Source: Terriglobia bacterium
GTDB lineage: Bacteria > Acidobacteriota > Terriglobia > Bryobacterales > JACQDG01
DNA length: 50,440 nucleotides
NCBI GenBank assembly: GCA_041477815.1
Contig: JBGOUV010000002.1
Coordinates: 1-50,440, forward strand
Direction of reading: 5' to 3'
Below the pieces are notes generated by a model that worked only from the letters and a program-made list of their open reading frames with translations, was not told the DNA's origin and did not search any database. Both the position numbers and the translations under genes were made by a program. Position 1 is the first letter of the stretch, and each line of letters opens with the position of its first letter. This document shows, one piece after another, positions 38,231-47,909 of the stretch.

Positions 38231-40744
38231 TCAACGACCAGGGACTTGACCCATTTTCCCCCGATAGTGCTCCCGCGCTTGCGCCAGCATCCGCAGCGCG
38301 CGGTCCCGGTTCTCCCCCGGGCCGTAGTTGTTCCGCTCTTCGAGCAGCGCCTCCATCCGGTCCACCCAGCGGATCATCAGCTCCAGGTCCTGCTTCACCA
38401 GGACCGGCGCGCCAGCCACCGAGACATAGATGGGACTCGAATGGGCCCGCGGGATCTGTCCGGCGCCGACGATCCCCCGCGCCGCCTGTCCCCGCACCCG
38501 CACCGCGAACCAGCAGCTCGCCCGCACTTCCACCTCTTTCTCGACCCGCAGCTCCTTTGCCGTCGTGTCCCGGCTCTCGATCACCTCCCCGTTCTGAATC
38601 AGCTCCACCCGCTCCAGCGGCGACCGCGCCGTAACCTCGGCCACCAGCCGCGCCCGGTACGGCGTGCCCGACGGCGCCCGAATCTCGGAGCCGATTGGCT
38701 CGCCGTTCACGGCGAAGGTCAGCAGCGGCCCGTTGGTGACGAAGTTCCGGCCCGCCCGGAACCGCTCCACCCAGCGGTCCCACGCCAGGGTCGGACCCAC
38801 CTCTACGTACTGCCGCGCCCCACCCGGAATCGAGTTGATCCCCCGCCAGTTGGTGAAGACGTCGGTCCCGGCGCCTGCCGAAATCTTGAAGCCGCTGTTC
38901 AGAAACCGGTACCACAGCTCGTACGCCGCCTCGCCGAAGGGCAGAATGTCGATCGCGTCCACCGCCCCCAACGCCGCCCCCACCGGCGCCTCCTTCGCGC
39001 CCAGCGACGTATCGAATACGTCCCGCCCGGCGCCCATGGGGTGGACATAGCTCACCAGGCCGCCCTGCTTCTTCGCCTCCAGCGCCGCCATCGTATTCAG
39101 CGGGAAATCGTAGGACGAGTTGCTCCCGATCACGCTGGTGTACGAGGGCGGCACCTGCTGCTTGATGTTCAGGAACGCCTGGTGGCCCAGCGGATAGCTG
39201 TTCCGGTACTCCTGCCCCCAGTACAGGATGTAGCGCTCGGTGGAGAGCGAATCGGGCGCGCCCCGGAAGAACTCCTTATCGTGGATGAACGCCCCCTCCG
39301 AGTTGGCCACAATCATGTTGGCCGCGTTCAGATCCTCGGCCTGCAGCCAGGCCAGCGACTGTTGCGGGCGCTGGTAGTAGCTGCCGTTGTAGTTGGCGTG
39401 GAAGTGATTCTCGCCCGTATACCAGCCTCGCTGCCGCCAGTTGGTCCAGCGCCGCAGCGAGATCGTCGCTTCGGCCGTTTCCGCCGCGCCCACGGAAACC
39501 GTCCGCTCGCCGATCTCGTACTCCACACCTTTGATGGCCACGAACTGCACGTTGCCCGCCGGGACCGGAAAGTTGTCGTCCCCAGAAGCCACAAAGAAGC
39601 CCTCGCGCCCGCGTCCCGGCTCGAGGCCGTAGTAGAAGATCTGCGTCCCCGACGGGCAGTAAGCCTTCCCGTCCGACGCCCGCACATAGAGCCGCGCCGG
39701 CGTGGGGTTGCCCTGCTCGTCCAGCACACGCACCCGCACCCGCCCGTGGGGCCCCCGGAACCGCAGGTTGGTGAGCCGCACGTGGGTCTTGTCCCCGCCC
39801 GCCACCGGCATGGTGAACAGATCGATGTTCCCCAGGTGATTGGACACGTGCGCGATCCGCGTCCCGTCCGGCGACACCGCCGGCGAGAACTCGTCCCGCA
39901 CGGTATCGGTTATAGCTACCGGCGCGGGGACCGGCCCGCCGCGATACCGCGGCACCCGGTATAACTCGAAGTCACCCTTCCCGTTGACCACCACCGCCGA
40001 GTACACCACGCCGCTTCCATCCGGCAGGGCGCTCAGACTGTGCAACTGGACAATGTCCCCCGGCCGGTACCGCGTCAGCGGCATCTGCACCGTGTTGGCC
40101 GGCCCGCTGGGGTCCATCGACCAGATCTGCGGCGCCCCCACCCGCTGGGCGGCGAAGAAGATTTCCGGCATCTTCGGATTCCACGCCGCATCCACCCACG
40201 CCGACGCCGTCCGCAGCCCTTGCGGCAAGGTCTGGATCGGCCGCAGCGCTCCGGTGGCCACGGTGACCTCATGGAGCAGCGCCCCGTACTCAGTGGTACG
40301 CAAGGCGCAGACGATGCGGCTGCCGTCGGGCGACCAGGCCAGGGTGCCCGCCACCGGCTGCGGCGTGGCGATCTCGCGCTCCAGGCCCGACGCCACGTCG
40401 ACCACCACCAGTTTCCCCGGGATGTTGGGGATCCGGCCGGCCGGCGCCTCGCCGCGCAGGAACGCGATCTGGTCTCCCTGCGGCGACCAGGCCGGATGCG
40501 CATGGTAGCCACCAGAGGTAGTCAACTGCTGCGCCTCGCCGCCCGGCGCGCCCACCTGCCAGATGCTGCCGAACAAGGAAAACGCCAGCCGCTTGGAGTC
40601 GGGCGACCAGGTCGGGTCGGTCGCCCCCCAGGAGATGGTCTCCGTATCGGCGGCGTGCGTGGAATTCCAGTGGTCTCGAACCATCAACGTGCCGCCGGCG
40701 ACAACCAGCAGGGCGGCGGTTAAGGGGGCGGCCAAATACCTCAT
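38231..40744 (-). CDS. TolB-like (PD40) propeller fused to a CehA/McbA-like PHP metallohydrolase
   Basis: WSPDS, WSPQG, WSPDG, VSPDG repeats; GENHFH, GQEYR..GH, YVHP, GTD, GRNFVTNGP. Confidence 0.85.
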   Translation of the reverse strand: MRYLAAPLTAALLVVAGGTLMVRDHWNSTHAADTETISWGATDPTWSPDSKRLAFSLFGSIWQVGAPGGEAQQLTTSGGYHAHPAWSPQGDQIAFLRGEAPAGRIPNIPGKLVVVDVASGLEREIATPQPVAGTLAWSPDGSRIVCALRTTEYGALLHEVTVATGALRPIQTLPQGLRTASAWVDAAWNPKMPEIFFAAQRVGAPQIWSMDPSGPANTVQMPLTRYRPGDIVQLHSLSALPDGSGVVYSAVVVNGKGDFELYRVPRYRGGPVPAPVAITDTVRDEFSPAVSPDGTRIAHVSNHLGNIDLFTMPVAGGDKTHVRLTNLRFRGPHGRVRVRVLDEQGNPTPARLYVRASDGKAYCPSGTQIFYYGLEPGRGREGFFVASGDDNFPVPAGNVQFVAIKGVEYEIGERTVSVGAAETAEATISLRRWTNWRQRGWYTGENHFHANYNGSYYQRPQQSLAWLQAEDLNAANMIVANSEGAFIHDKEFFRGAPDSLSTERYILYWGQEYRNSYPLGHQAFLNIKQQVPPSYTSVIGSNSSYDFPLNTMAALEAKKQGGLVSYVHPMGAGRDVFDTSLGAKEAPVGAALGAVDAIDILPFGEAAYELWYRFLNSGFKISAGAGTDVFTNWRGINSIPGGARQYVEVGPTLAWDRWVERFRAGRNFVTNGPLLTFAVNGEPIGSEIRAPSGTPYRARLVAEVTARSPLERVELIQNGEVIESRDTTAKELRVEKEVEVRASCWFAVRVRGQAARGIVGAGQIPRAHSSPIYVSVAGAPVLVKQDLELMIRWVDRMEALLEERNNYGPGENRDRALRMLAQAREHYRGKMGQVPGR

Positions 40745-40775
40745 GCCCGAGAATGTAGCACAAGCAGGAGGGTCT

Positions 40776-41444
40776 TCAAGGCGAGATGTTCCAGACTTCC
40801 ACTAGCCGGAGTCCCCGGCTGGTTCGCTCCACCACGCCCCCGATGTCCCATCCGACTTTCAGCCGGGCGGTGGCCTGCCTCGGGACCGGTACTGGCCCCA
40901 AGGCCTCGTCTCCGTAGCTCCCCGGATCGAGCCACAGTTTTCCAGGCTCCAGGCGAACCACCCTGAAATGGTCCTCGATCCGATGGGAGCGTTCGTCCGG
41001 CGTATAGCGGGCGGCGTGCGCCTCCAGGATTCGGAGAGCGTCCTTGCTGGCGGGGAGTTCTCGGGCCGCGTCGGAGGCCCGCTTTACCGCCAGATCCACG
41101 TCGGCCACGTACCCCTTCTCCCGAAGCCATATCGCCAGCTTCTTCGTCACCGTTGCCGCCGCGCGCATCGTCTGCTTCCCGCACATCGCTTTGCGCGGCA
41201 TATAGTAGCCCAGGAACTCGCCGTAGGCTCCGGGCAGCTCTTCAGGACCGAAGGTCCCGCAGTAAGTGCCCCCAGCCTCCGTGATGCGGTTGTACTCCTC
41301 CTGGCCGTGTCCTGGCCAGTACGCCTCCAGGCAGTGCCGAAAGTAGCTGAGGGCGTACGTGTACTGAGCCAGCGTCCGAGTTGCGAGGCGCGCCCTTTGG
41401 TCGTGCACGAATTCCTCGAGGATGTCGTCGATGGTGGGCTTCAT
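40776..41444 (-). CDS. Hypothetical protein with an integrase-SAM-like helical N-terminus
   Basis: TIDDILEEF..RLATRTLAQY...LSYF, plus a beta-rich C-terminus. Confidence 0.7.
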   Translation of the reverse strand: MKPTIDDILEEFVHDQRARLATRTLAQYTYALSYFRHCLEAYWPGHGQEEYNRITEAGGTYCGTFGPEELPGAYGEFLGYYMPRKAMCGKQTMRAAATVTKKLAIWLREKGYVADVDLAVKRASDAARELPASKDALRILEAHAARYTPDERSHRIEDHFRVVRLEPGKLWLDPGSYGDEALGPVPVPRQATARLKVGWDIGGVVERTSRGLRLVEVWNISP

Positions 41445-41448
41445 GGCT

Positions 41449-41778
41449 CTATCCTTGCAGATAGCAGCAGCCCGCAGTGTCGAAGGCTTCCTCCGGGCTG
41501 GCCACGAACGAACCCGCCATCGTGAACGAGCGCTCGTACTTCTCGGTGCTGTACTTGTAGAAAGCGAACGTCCAGCGATCCGGGTTTCCCAAGTATCCCA
41601 GGCGGCATAGATGCACCGGCGCGTTGTCGCCCTGGATGGCGTCCACGTAAGCAAACGCCCCATGGAATCGCAGTGTGATCCCCCGGCATTGCTCCTTCCA
41701 CTCCGTGGCGGCGTGTCGTTCCAAGCGCTGTTGCAGATCCCGTTGGGCTGCCGGTGGGACAGACTTTGTCTTTGCCAT
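41449..41778 (-). CDS. Small hypothetical protein (109 aa)
   Basis: MAKTKSVP..RFHGAFAYVD..LCRLGY..WTFAFYKYS..YE..PEEAFD. Confidence 0.75.
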   Translation of the reverse strand: MAKTKSVPPAAQRDLQQRLERHAATEWKEQCRGITLRFHGAFAYVDAIQGDNAPVHLCRLGYLGNPDRWTFAFYKYSTEKYERSFTMAGSFVASPEEAFDTAGCCYLQG

Positions 41779-41851
41779 TTTTTGCAATGCACCGCTGGTT
41801 ATAGAATACGCCCAACGCGGTACAATCAACCCGAAAAGGGGAGCGTGGACC

Positions 41852-44065
41852 ATGAACTCTCGAAAACTGGTGGTGCTCTTTCTAGCCACTCTGATCGCCG
41901 CCCCCGCCGCGGAGGTCACCCTCCGCGACGGCACACCCCAAGCCGCCGGCGTGGACCAGGGCCGTCTCGGCAGCATCCTGGCCCGCCTCGGCGAGTGGAT
42001 CGACGCCGACATCACCGCCGGCGCCGTCATCCTCATCGCCCGCAACGGCGTGGTCGTCACCCACCGCGCCTTCGGACTCGCCGACGTCGAAGACAAGATC
42101 CGCTTCGAGCCCGACACTATCTGCCAGCTCGCCTCGGTCACCAAGCCCGTCACCGCCACCGCCGTTCTGCTGCTGGTCCAGGACGGCAAGATCGGCCTCG
42201 ACGACCCGGTGGCCAAGTTCATCCCCTCCTTCCGCCGCCATGCGAACGTCACCATCCGCCACCTCCTCACCCATACCTCCGGTCTGCCCCGCGACGTCCC
42301 CACCCGCAAGATGCCCAGCATGCACCCCGACTGGCTCTCCCGCCGCCTCGCCGACATCGCCGAGGAGACCGCCCAAATGGACCTGCTGTTTCCGCCCGGA
42401 ACCAAGTACTCCTACTGCAATGCCGGACTGGCCACGCTGGGCCGGGTGGTGGAGGTGGTGTCGGGCCAGCCCTTTGACCAGTTCCTGCAACGGCGCCTGT
42501 TCGATCCCCTGGGTATGACCACTACGACCTTCAGCCCGCCCGCTGCGGCGGCCCGCCGCGTGGCCACCCTCTACGCCGACAGCGCCGGCCGGCGCGACAT
42601 CACCTATCACTTCGATCCCGAGTTTCGCATCACCAACCCGGCGCCCAACGGCGGCCTGTTCTCCACCGCCCGCGAGATGGCGTCCTTTGTCCAAATGTTC
42701 CTGAACGGCGGCGCCTACAACAACGCTCCGATCCTTTCCCCAGCCATCGTGAAGCAGATGCTCACGAACCAGACGCCCCAATTGCCCGAGTCCCGCGGGC
42801 TGGGCTGGGCGCTGCAGGAACGCGGCGCCGTCTTTTCCCATGCCGGATCGAGCGGCACCTACCTCTGGGGCGACCCGCGCCGCGGCGTGGTGGGCGTCCT
42901 GTTCTCGCAAACCGCCGGCCCTCGCGTCAGCGAGGCCCACCGCGAGTTCCTCGCCCGCGTCACCGCCGCCGTCGATCCGCCTAAGGCCACGGACAATCCG
43001 CTGTGGCCCCGCCACGTAGTCGCCACCGGGTTCCACAACATGACCGCCATCGCCGCCGACTTCACCGGCGACGGCCTGCCCGACGTCATCACCAACGACA
43101 GCCGCCGCACCCTCCTCTACGTTGCTCCCGACTGGAAAGAGGTGGTCATCCACCCCGGCCCCATCGACGTTATCCACGGCGGGGTGATGGACGTAGACGG
43201 TGACGGCGACCCGGACTACATCGGCGCACGTTATTCTCCCGGCCTGATCTTCTGGCTGGAACGCCCGGCCCGACCCCTCCAGGACCCCTGGACCTATCAT
43301 CTTGTCGACGATCAGGTCAACGGCATCCACGGCGTCATGGTCGGCGACATCGACGGCGACAAGAAGCCCGACCTGGCCGCCACCAGCGCCCAGCCCACCG
43401 GCCCCTTCCCCAACTCGCTCGCCTGGTTCAAAGTGCCGCCCAACCCGCGCCGCGCCGAGCGCTGGCAGCGCTATGTCTTTGCCCGCCAGGACGCCCCCGG
43501 TCTCAGCCACTATGTCGGCATCGGAGACGTCAACGGCGACGGCCGCCCCGACATCGCCAGCGCCGCCAAGATCGCCCACGGCGGCAACTGGTACGCCTGG
43601 TGGGAAGCGCCTAAGGACCCCACCCAGGTCCCCTGGACCAAGCACGTCATCTCCACCGGCCAGGAAGGCGCCACCAACATTCTGATGGCCGACATCAACG
43701 GCGACGGCCGCATGGACTTCGTCGGCTCGCGCGGCCATGGCAAGGGACTGGTCTGGTTCGAGGCCCCCGACTGGAAGCCCCACGAGATCAACCCCTCCCT
43801 CACCGGACCGCACTCGCTAGCCGTGGGCGACATCGACGGCGACGGCGACATCGACGTCGTTACCTGTGCCAAGCACGACTTCGCCGCTGCCTGGTTCGAG
43901 AACGACGGCAAAGGTAACTTTAAGACGCACATTATCTACAACGACCAGGCCGCCTACGACATCCGCCTGGTGGACATGGACCGCGACGGCGACCTCGACG
44001 TTCTCATCGCCGGACAGGAGAGCCGCAACGTGGTTTGGTACGAGAACCGCGTGGCGAAGAAGTGA
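41852..44065 (+). CDS. Beta-lactamase-like serine hydrolase fused to an FG-GAP/VCBS propeller
   Basis: Signal peptide, SVTK, LLTHTSG, YCN, HAG; seven DxxGDGxxD-like repeats. Confidence 0.9.
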   Translation: MNSRKLVVLFLATLIAAPAAEVTLRDGTPQAAGVDQGRLGSILARLGEWIDADITAGAVILIARNGVVVTHRAFGLADVEDKIRFEPDTICQLASVTKPVTATAVLLLVQDGKIGLDDPVAKFIPSFRRHANVTIRHLLTHTSGLPRDVPTRKMPSMHPDWLSRRLADIAEETAQMDLLFPPGTKYSYCNAGLATLGRVVEVVSGQPFDQFLQRRLFDPLGMTTTTFSPPAAAARRVATLYADSAGRRDITYHFDPEFRITNPAPNGGLFSTAREMASFVQMFLNGGAYNNAPILSPAIVKQMLTNQTPQLPESRGLGWALQERGAVFSHAGSSGTYLWGDPRRGVVGVLFSQTAGPRVSEAHREFLARVTAAVDPPKATDNPLWPRHVVATGFHNMTAIAADFTGDGLPDVITNDSRRTLLYVAPDWKEVVIHPGPIDVIHGGVMDVDGDGDPDYIGARYSPGLIFWLERPARPLQDPWTYHLVDDQVNGIHGVMVGDIDGDKKPDLAATSAQPTGPFPNSLAWFKVPPNPRRAERWQRYVFARQDAPGLSHYVGIGDVNGDGRPDIASAAKIAHGGNWYAWWEAPKDPTQVPWTKHVISTGQEGATNILMADINGDGRMDFVGSRGHGKGLVWFEAPDWKPHEINPSLTGPHSLAVGDIDGDGDIDVVTCAKHDFAAAWFENDGKGNFKTHIIYNDQAAYDIRLVDMDRDGDLDVLIAGQESRNVVWYENRVAKK

Positions 44066-45597
44066 TCTCCATCGGCGACCGCCGCATCACCCTCCCGGAC
44101 ATAGCCGCCGTGGCCCGCGAAGGCGCCGAGGTAGCTCTCACCGCCCAGCCCCAGGTCCGCCGCCGCATCCGCCAATCCCGCGAGCACCTGATGGCGGCAG
44201 TCCACCGCGGCGAGATCATCTACGGCGTCAACACCGGCGTCGGCACCAACGCGGTCTTCGTCCTCCCGCCAGCCGAAGCGGAGCGCTTCCAGGAGAGCAA
44301 CCTGCAGCAACTCTGCTGCGGCACCGGCCCCCCGCTCGCCTCCGAAATAGTACGCGGCGCTATGCTATTGCGTGCCGCTACCCTAAGCCTGGGACTTTCC
44401 GCCGTCCGCGAAGAGGTCATCGAGCAGCTTGTCAGACTCCTGAACGCCGGCATTACCCCGATAGTCCCGCGCTACGGCTCGGTCGGAGCGAGCGGCGACC
44501 TGATCCCCTCGGGCTACATTGCCCTGGCCCTACTGGGGCAGGGAAGAGTCTGGTATCGCGGCCGGCCGAAGACAGCCCGGCGGGCCCTGTCGCAGGCCGG
44601 CATCGCCCCTCTCCGCCTCAGCTATAAGGAAGGCCTCTCCCTCATCAACGGCACCACGGTGATGACCGCGGCCGCGGCCCTTACGGTCCACGACGCCGAG
44701 GCCGTACTGCACGGCTTCCTCGCCGCCAGCGCGCTGGCGGTAGAAGCCCTGGGCGCCTCGCCTGAGCCCTTCGACGACTGGGTCCAGCGCGCCAAAGGCC
44801 ACGCCGGCCAGCGCGCCGTCGGACGCCTCCTGCGCGAGCTGCTCCGCGGCTCCCAAGCGGTCGGCTCCACGGCCGACCTCCGCCGCCGGCTGAAGAAGGA
44901 GAAGGTCTCGATCCAGAGTGGCTACTCTGTCCGCTGCCTCCCCCAAGGTATGGGACCGATGTACGAGAGCCTGGCCGCCGCCCGCGCGGTGATCGAAACG
45001 GAAGCCAACTCGGCCAACGACAATCCCCTGGTCGATCCCGCCACCGGCCGCTTCTACCATACCGGCAACTTCTACGGCGGACACATCGCTCGCTCCCTCG
45101 ACGCCCTCAAGCTCGACTTCGCCAACCTCGCCAACTGGTGCCACGCCCTGATGGCCGTCCTGGTCGACGACCGTTTCTCCGGCGGTCTCCCCCCCGCCCT
45201 GGCCGCCCGCCCCGGCCTCGACACCGGCTTCAAAGGCATGCAGCTCAGTCTCGCGTCGCTCACCTGTGCCGTCCGCCAGATGGCCGCGCCCTCCACCGTC
45301 CACCCGGTATCAACCGAACAGCATAACCAGGACATGGTGAGTCTGGGAGTCCACGCCGCCCTCACCGCCCGCGACGCCCTCGAATGTAGTGTGAATGCCG
45401 TCTCGATTCTGCTCCTGGCGGCCTGCCAGGCCGTAGACCTGCGCGGCACGGCCTCCCAGCTCGGCGCCGGCACCGGCGTGGCCTACCGCGCCGTCCGCTC
45501 CCGCAGCCGCTTTGTCAAAGCCGACCGCCCCCTCGATGCCGACATCGCCGCCGTCTCCGCCTGGATTCTCGCTGCCGAACGTCCGACTCGCACGTGA
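44062..45597 (+). CDS. MIO-dependent aromatic amino acid ammonia-lyase/mutase
   Basis: YGVNTG, GSVGASGDL, KEGLSLINGT, YSVRC, DNP, GNFYG, EQHNQD. Confidence 0.93.
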   Translation: MISIGDRRITLPDIAAVAREGAEVALTAQPQVRRRIRQSREHLMAAVHRGEIIYGVNTGVGTNAVFVLPPAEAERFQESNLQQLCCGTGPPLASEIVRGAMLLRAATLSLGLSAVREEVIEQLVRLLNAGITPIVPRYGSVGASGDLIPSGYIALALLGQGRVWYRGRPKTARRALSQAGIAPLRLSYKEGLSLINGTTVMTAAAALTVHDAEAVLHGFLAASALAVEALGASPEPFDDWVQRAKGHAGQRAVGRLLRELLRGSQAVGSTADLRRRLKKEKVSIQSGYSVRCLPQGMGPMYESLAAARAVIETEANSANDNPLVDPATGRFYHTGNFYGGHIARSLDALKLDFANLANWCHALMAVLVDDRFSGGLPPALAARPGLDTGFKGMQLSLASLTCAVRQMAAPSTVHPVSTEQHNQDMVSLGVHAALTARDALECSVNAVSILLLAACQAVDLRGTASQLGAGTGVAYRAVRSRSRFVKADRPLDADIAAVSAWILAAERPTRT

Positions 45598-45621
45598 CCA
45601 ACGGCGTGTCGTCTGGTAAGG

Positions 45622-45750
45622 CCTGTCACGCGGAGCTTGTGGCGCAGCCTTCAGGCTGCCGGGTCGAGACTCATCTCGACCCTTGACTCCCGGTGAGCAG
45701 ACGCCTCGACACGGGTGTCCCGGCGGCAGGCACGAGTGTATCGTGACAGG
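45622..45750. repeat. Nested REP-like palindromic element between convergent genes
   Basis: Outer IR CCTGTCACG/CGTGACAGG; inner hairpins GCAGCCT/AGGCTGC and GGGTCGAGA/TCTCGACCC; degenerate mirrored arm. Confidence 0.7.
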
Positions 45751-45757
45751 ACCTAAG

Positions 45758-46549
45758 CTACCGCGCCTCCCGCAGCGCCCGCGCCACTTCGCTCGACATC
45801 ACTGTCGGGCACCAGTACTTTTCAATATGCTCGACGACCAGCTCCGTCCCCCGGTCGTGGCTGACGTAGGGCCGATCCCCCGGATTGTACATAGCATCGG
45901 TCAGGTCCCGTACCAGGACGGTGCGGAGGCCCCACCTGGTCATCTGTTTGATGGCAAACGTCCGGTTCAGGACGCACATGTTGGTATGGACCCCCATCAC
46001 CAGCAGATTCTCGATGCCCTTCTCCTTGAGGAGGCTGTAGATCTCCGTCCCTCGGTCCGAGACCACGTCGTTGCCCGCCATCCGCAGCCCCGGATGCTAA
46101 CGGGTCCAGGCCTTGTAGGACTGGTCGCCGGTGTCGCAGCCGCCGGTGGAATCATCAATGGGCAGCGGCGGATCGGACAGGTCCAAATTCGGCGGCGGCT
46201 GCATCGTGGAGAGCTTCAAGATCCGCTGGCGGTACGGTGTGTCGGCGTAGAATGCCATCACGTCCGACGGTGAATGGATGATCTGCAGCCCCGTCTCCCG
46301 CGCCTGGTCGATCAGTGGCGCCATCTTGTCGGCCAGCACGTTCACCCGCTGGGCGGCGCCCTTGCACCAGTGGTTATCCCACATGTCGCAGATCAGGATA
46401 CCGGTCTTGTGCACCGGCAGCCGGCGCTCCACGCGCACCTCTTCCCACGCGCCGCTCCCCTTGAAGGCCTCCACCCGCGTGCGCAGGTTCAAGTTCAGAT
46501 CCGCCCCGGCGGCGCACAGCGGCAACAAACTCACCAGAACCCATCGCAT
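45758..46549 (-). pseudogene. Exported isochorismatase-like cysteine hydrolase with an in-frame TAG at 46097-46099
   Basis: ICDMWDNHWC, IHSPS, WTR*HP, GVHTNMCVLNR, RDLTDAMY. Halves are in frame. Confidence 0.85.
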
Positions 46550-47271
46550 CACTGCGCTCCTTTCAGAAACGCCTCCGCCTTCTTGAACCAAGGCCGCTCC
46601 TGCCGCCGCAGGTACCGCGGCAATGCCGGCTTCTTGGCCAGAATCTGGCGCATCATCTCCCGAGCCCGCTCCTTGTCTCCCTGCCGGTCGAGCAGCAGTC
46701 CGTATCCATAATACGCCCGCGAGACCGTCGTGCGTCCCAGGATCACTTCATAAGAGGCCCGCGCCTTCTCCGGCTGCCCGATCCGGTCATAGCACTCGGC
46801 CAGCGTCATATAGGAATCCCAGAACTGGTGCTTGGGTTCGGCTCGGACCACCGGCTCCAAGTCCTCGATGGCCCGCTCGATCTGCCCCAGCTCCACCAGG
46901 CTCTTGGCCCGCCCATGCCGCGCCTCGCGCGCGTCCGGATCCCGCATCAGCACGCGACTGAACAACTCGACCGCGCGCGGGTGCTCGCCCTCGGCCGCGC
47001 AGTTTTCGGCCAGCTCCTGCAAGTGCTCCAGCGCCGGCGACTCCTCCACTACATGCTCCAACCACTGCCGCCGCCGCCGCCGCTCCATCCGCATCAGCCA
47101 GGGCGGCTTCACCCGCAGGTCCGGCACGACCTCGATCACAAAATAGACCAGGGCCCCCAGCGGCCCCAGGAAGATGATTACAAAAAACCAGTACCCCTCC
47201 GGCCGCCGCCGGAAGAAGTGCACGATCATAAGGGCCTGCAACAGAACGCCGAGGTACCCGAGAGAATGCAT
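46549..47271 (-). CDS. Membrane-anchored TPR protein
   Basis: Two N-terminal TM helices then TPR-like helical repeats. Confidence 0.85.
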   Translation of the reverse strand: MHSLGYLGVLLQALMIVHFFRRRPEGYWFFVIIFLGPLGALVYFVIEVVPDLRVKPPWLMRMERRRRRQWLEHVVEESPALEHLQELAENCAAEGEHPRAVELFSRVLMRDPDAREARHGRAKSLVELGQIERAIEDLEPVVRAEPKHQFWDSYMTLAECYDRIGQPEKARASYEVILGRTTVSRAYYGYGLLLDRQGDKERAREMMRQILAKKPALPRYLRRQERPWFKKAEAFLKGAQ

Positions 47272-47363
47272 GTGCTCAGATTAGTCAGCCAGTCTATCAT
47301 GACAGCAGGGGACGCCCGATGGGATCGAGTCTGCTTCGGAAATGACGCACCACCCCGATTCCG

Positions 47364-47393
47364 ATCCGCGTTCATCGGTGCTCATCTGTGGTT
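47364..47393. repeat. Three degenerate decamers ATCNG(C/T)GNT(C/T)
   Basis: atccgcgttc atcggtgctc atctgtggtt. Confidence 0.55.
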
Positions 47394-47405
47394 CCAAAGG
47401 GCTTC

Positions 47406-47909
47406 TCACTGCACCGGCGTCCCATAGGGCACCAGCGTCTTGATCCGCTCGGTCGAATCCAGCCGCGCAATCCGCCAGCCTTCCGCCGTCTTCTCCAGGA
47501 ACATCTGCTGCACCTCGTTGCGGTCCTGGTAGACGTACTCCACCCGCACCCGCACTTCCCGGTCGGTCAGGGCCACCGGCTCGGCCAACGCCACGCCTTT
47601 AATCTCCTTATTAGTACCGACCAAGTACCGGGAGAAGGCCCGACTCCCCATCTCGGACTGGCTCTGCCCCAGCGTGGCTTCCATCTGCCCGGTAAAGCAC
47701 CGCAGGTACGCCCCCGCGTCCCCCGCCCGCGCCGCGTCCAGCATCTGGTAGATCGTATCCCGAGGCTCGGGCGGACGGGACGGCTCGGCCGGACGCAGCG
47801 CCGCCGTCCCCCCTGGCAGCTTCCACCCCGCCTTCTGACCGGCGATGACTGCCACTACCGTGCCAATCACCGCGATGGTCAGATAGCGGGCCTTCTGCTG
47901 CTGGGTCAT
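47406..47909 (-). CDS. Membrane-anchored hypothetical protein (NTF2-like fold possible)
   Basis: N-terminal TM, DAARAGD, LEKTAEGWRI. ATGA-coupled to hflK. Confidence 0.75.
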   Translation of the reverse strand: MTQQQKARYLTIAVIGTVVAVIAGQKAGWKLPGGTAALRPAEPSRPPEPRDTIYQMLDAARAGDAGAYLRCFTGQMEATLGQSQSEMGSRAFSRYLVGTNKEIKGVALAEPVALTDREVRVRVEYVYQDRNEVQQMFLEKTAEGWRIARLDSTERIKTLVPYGTPVQ

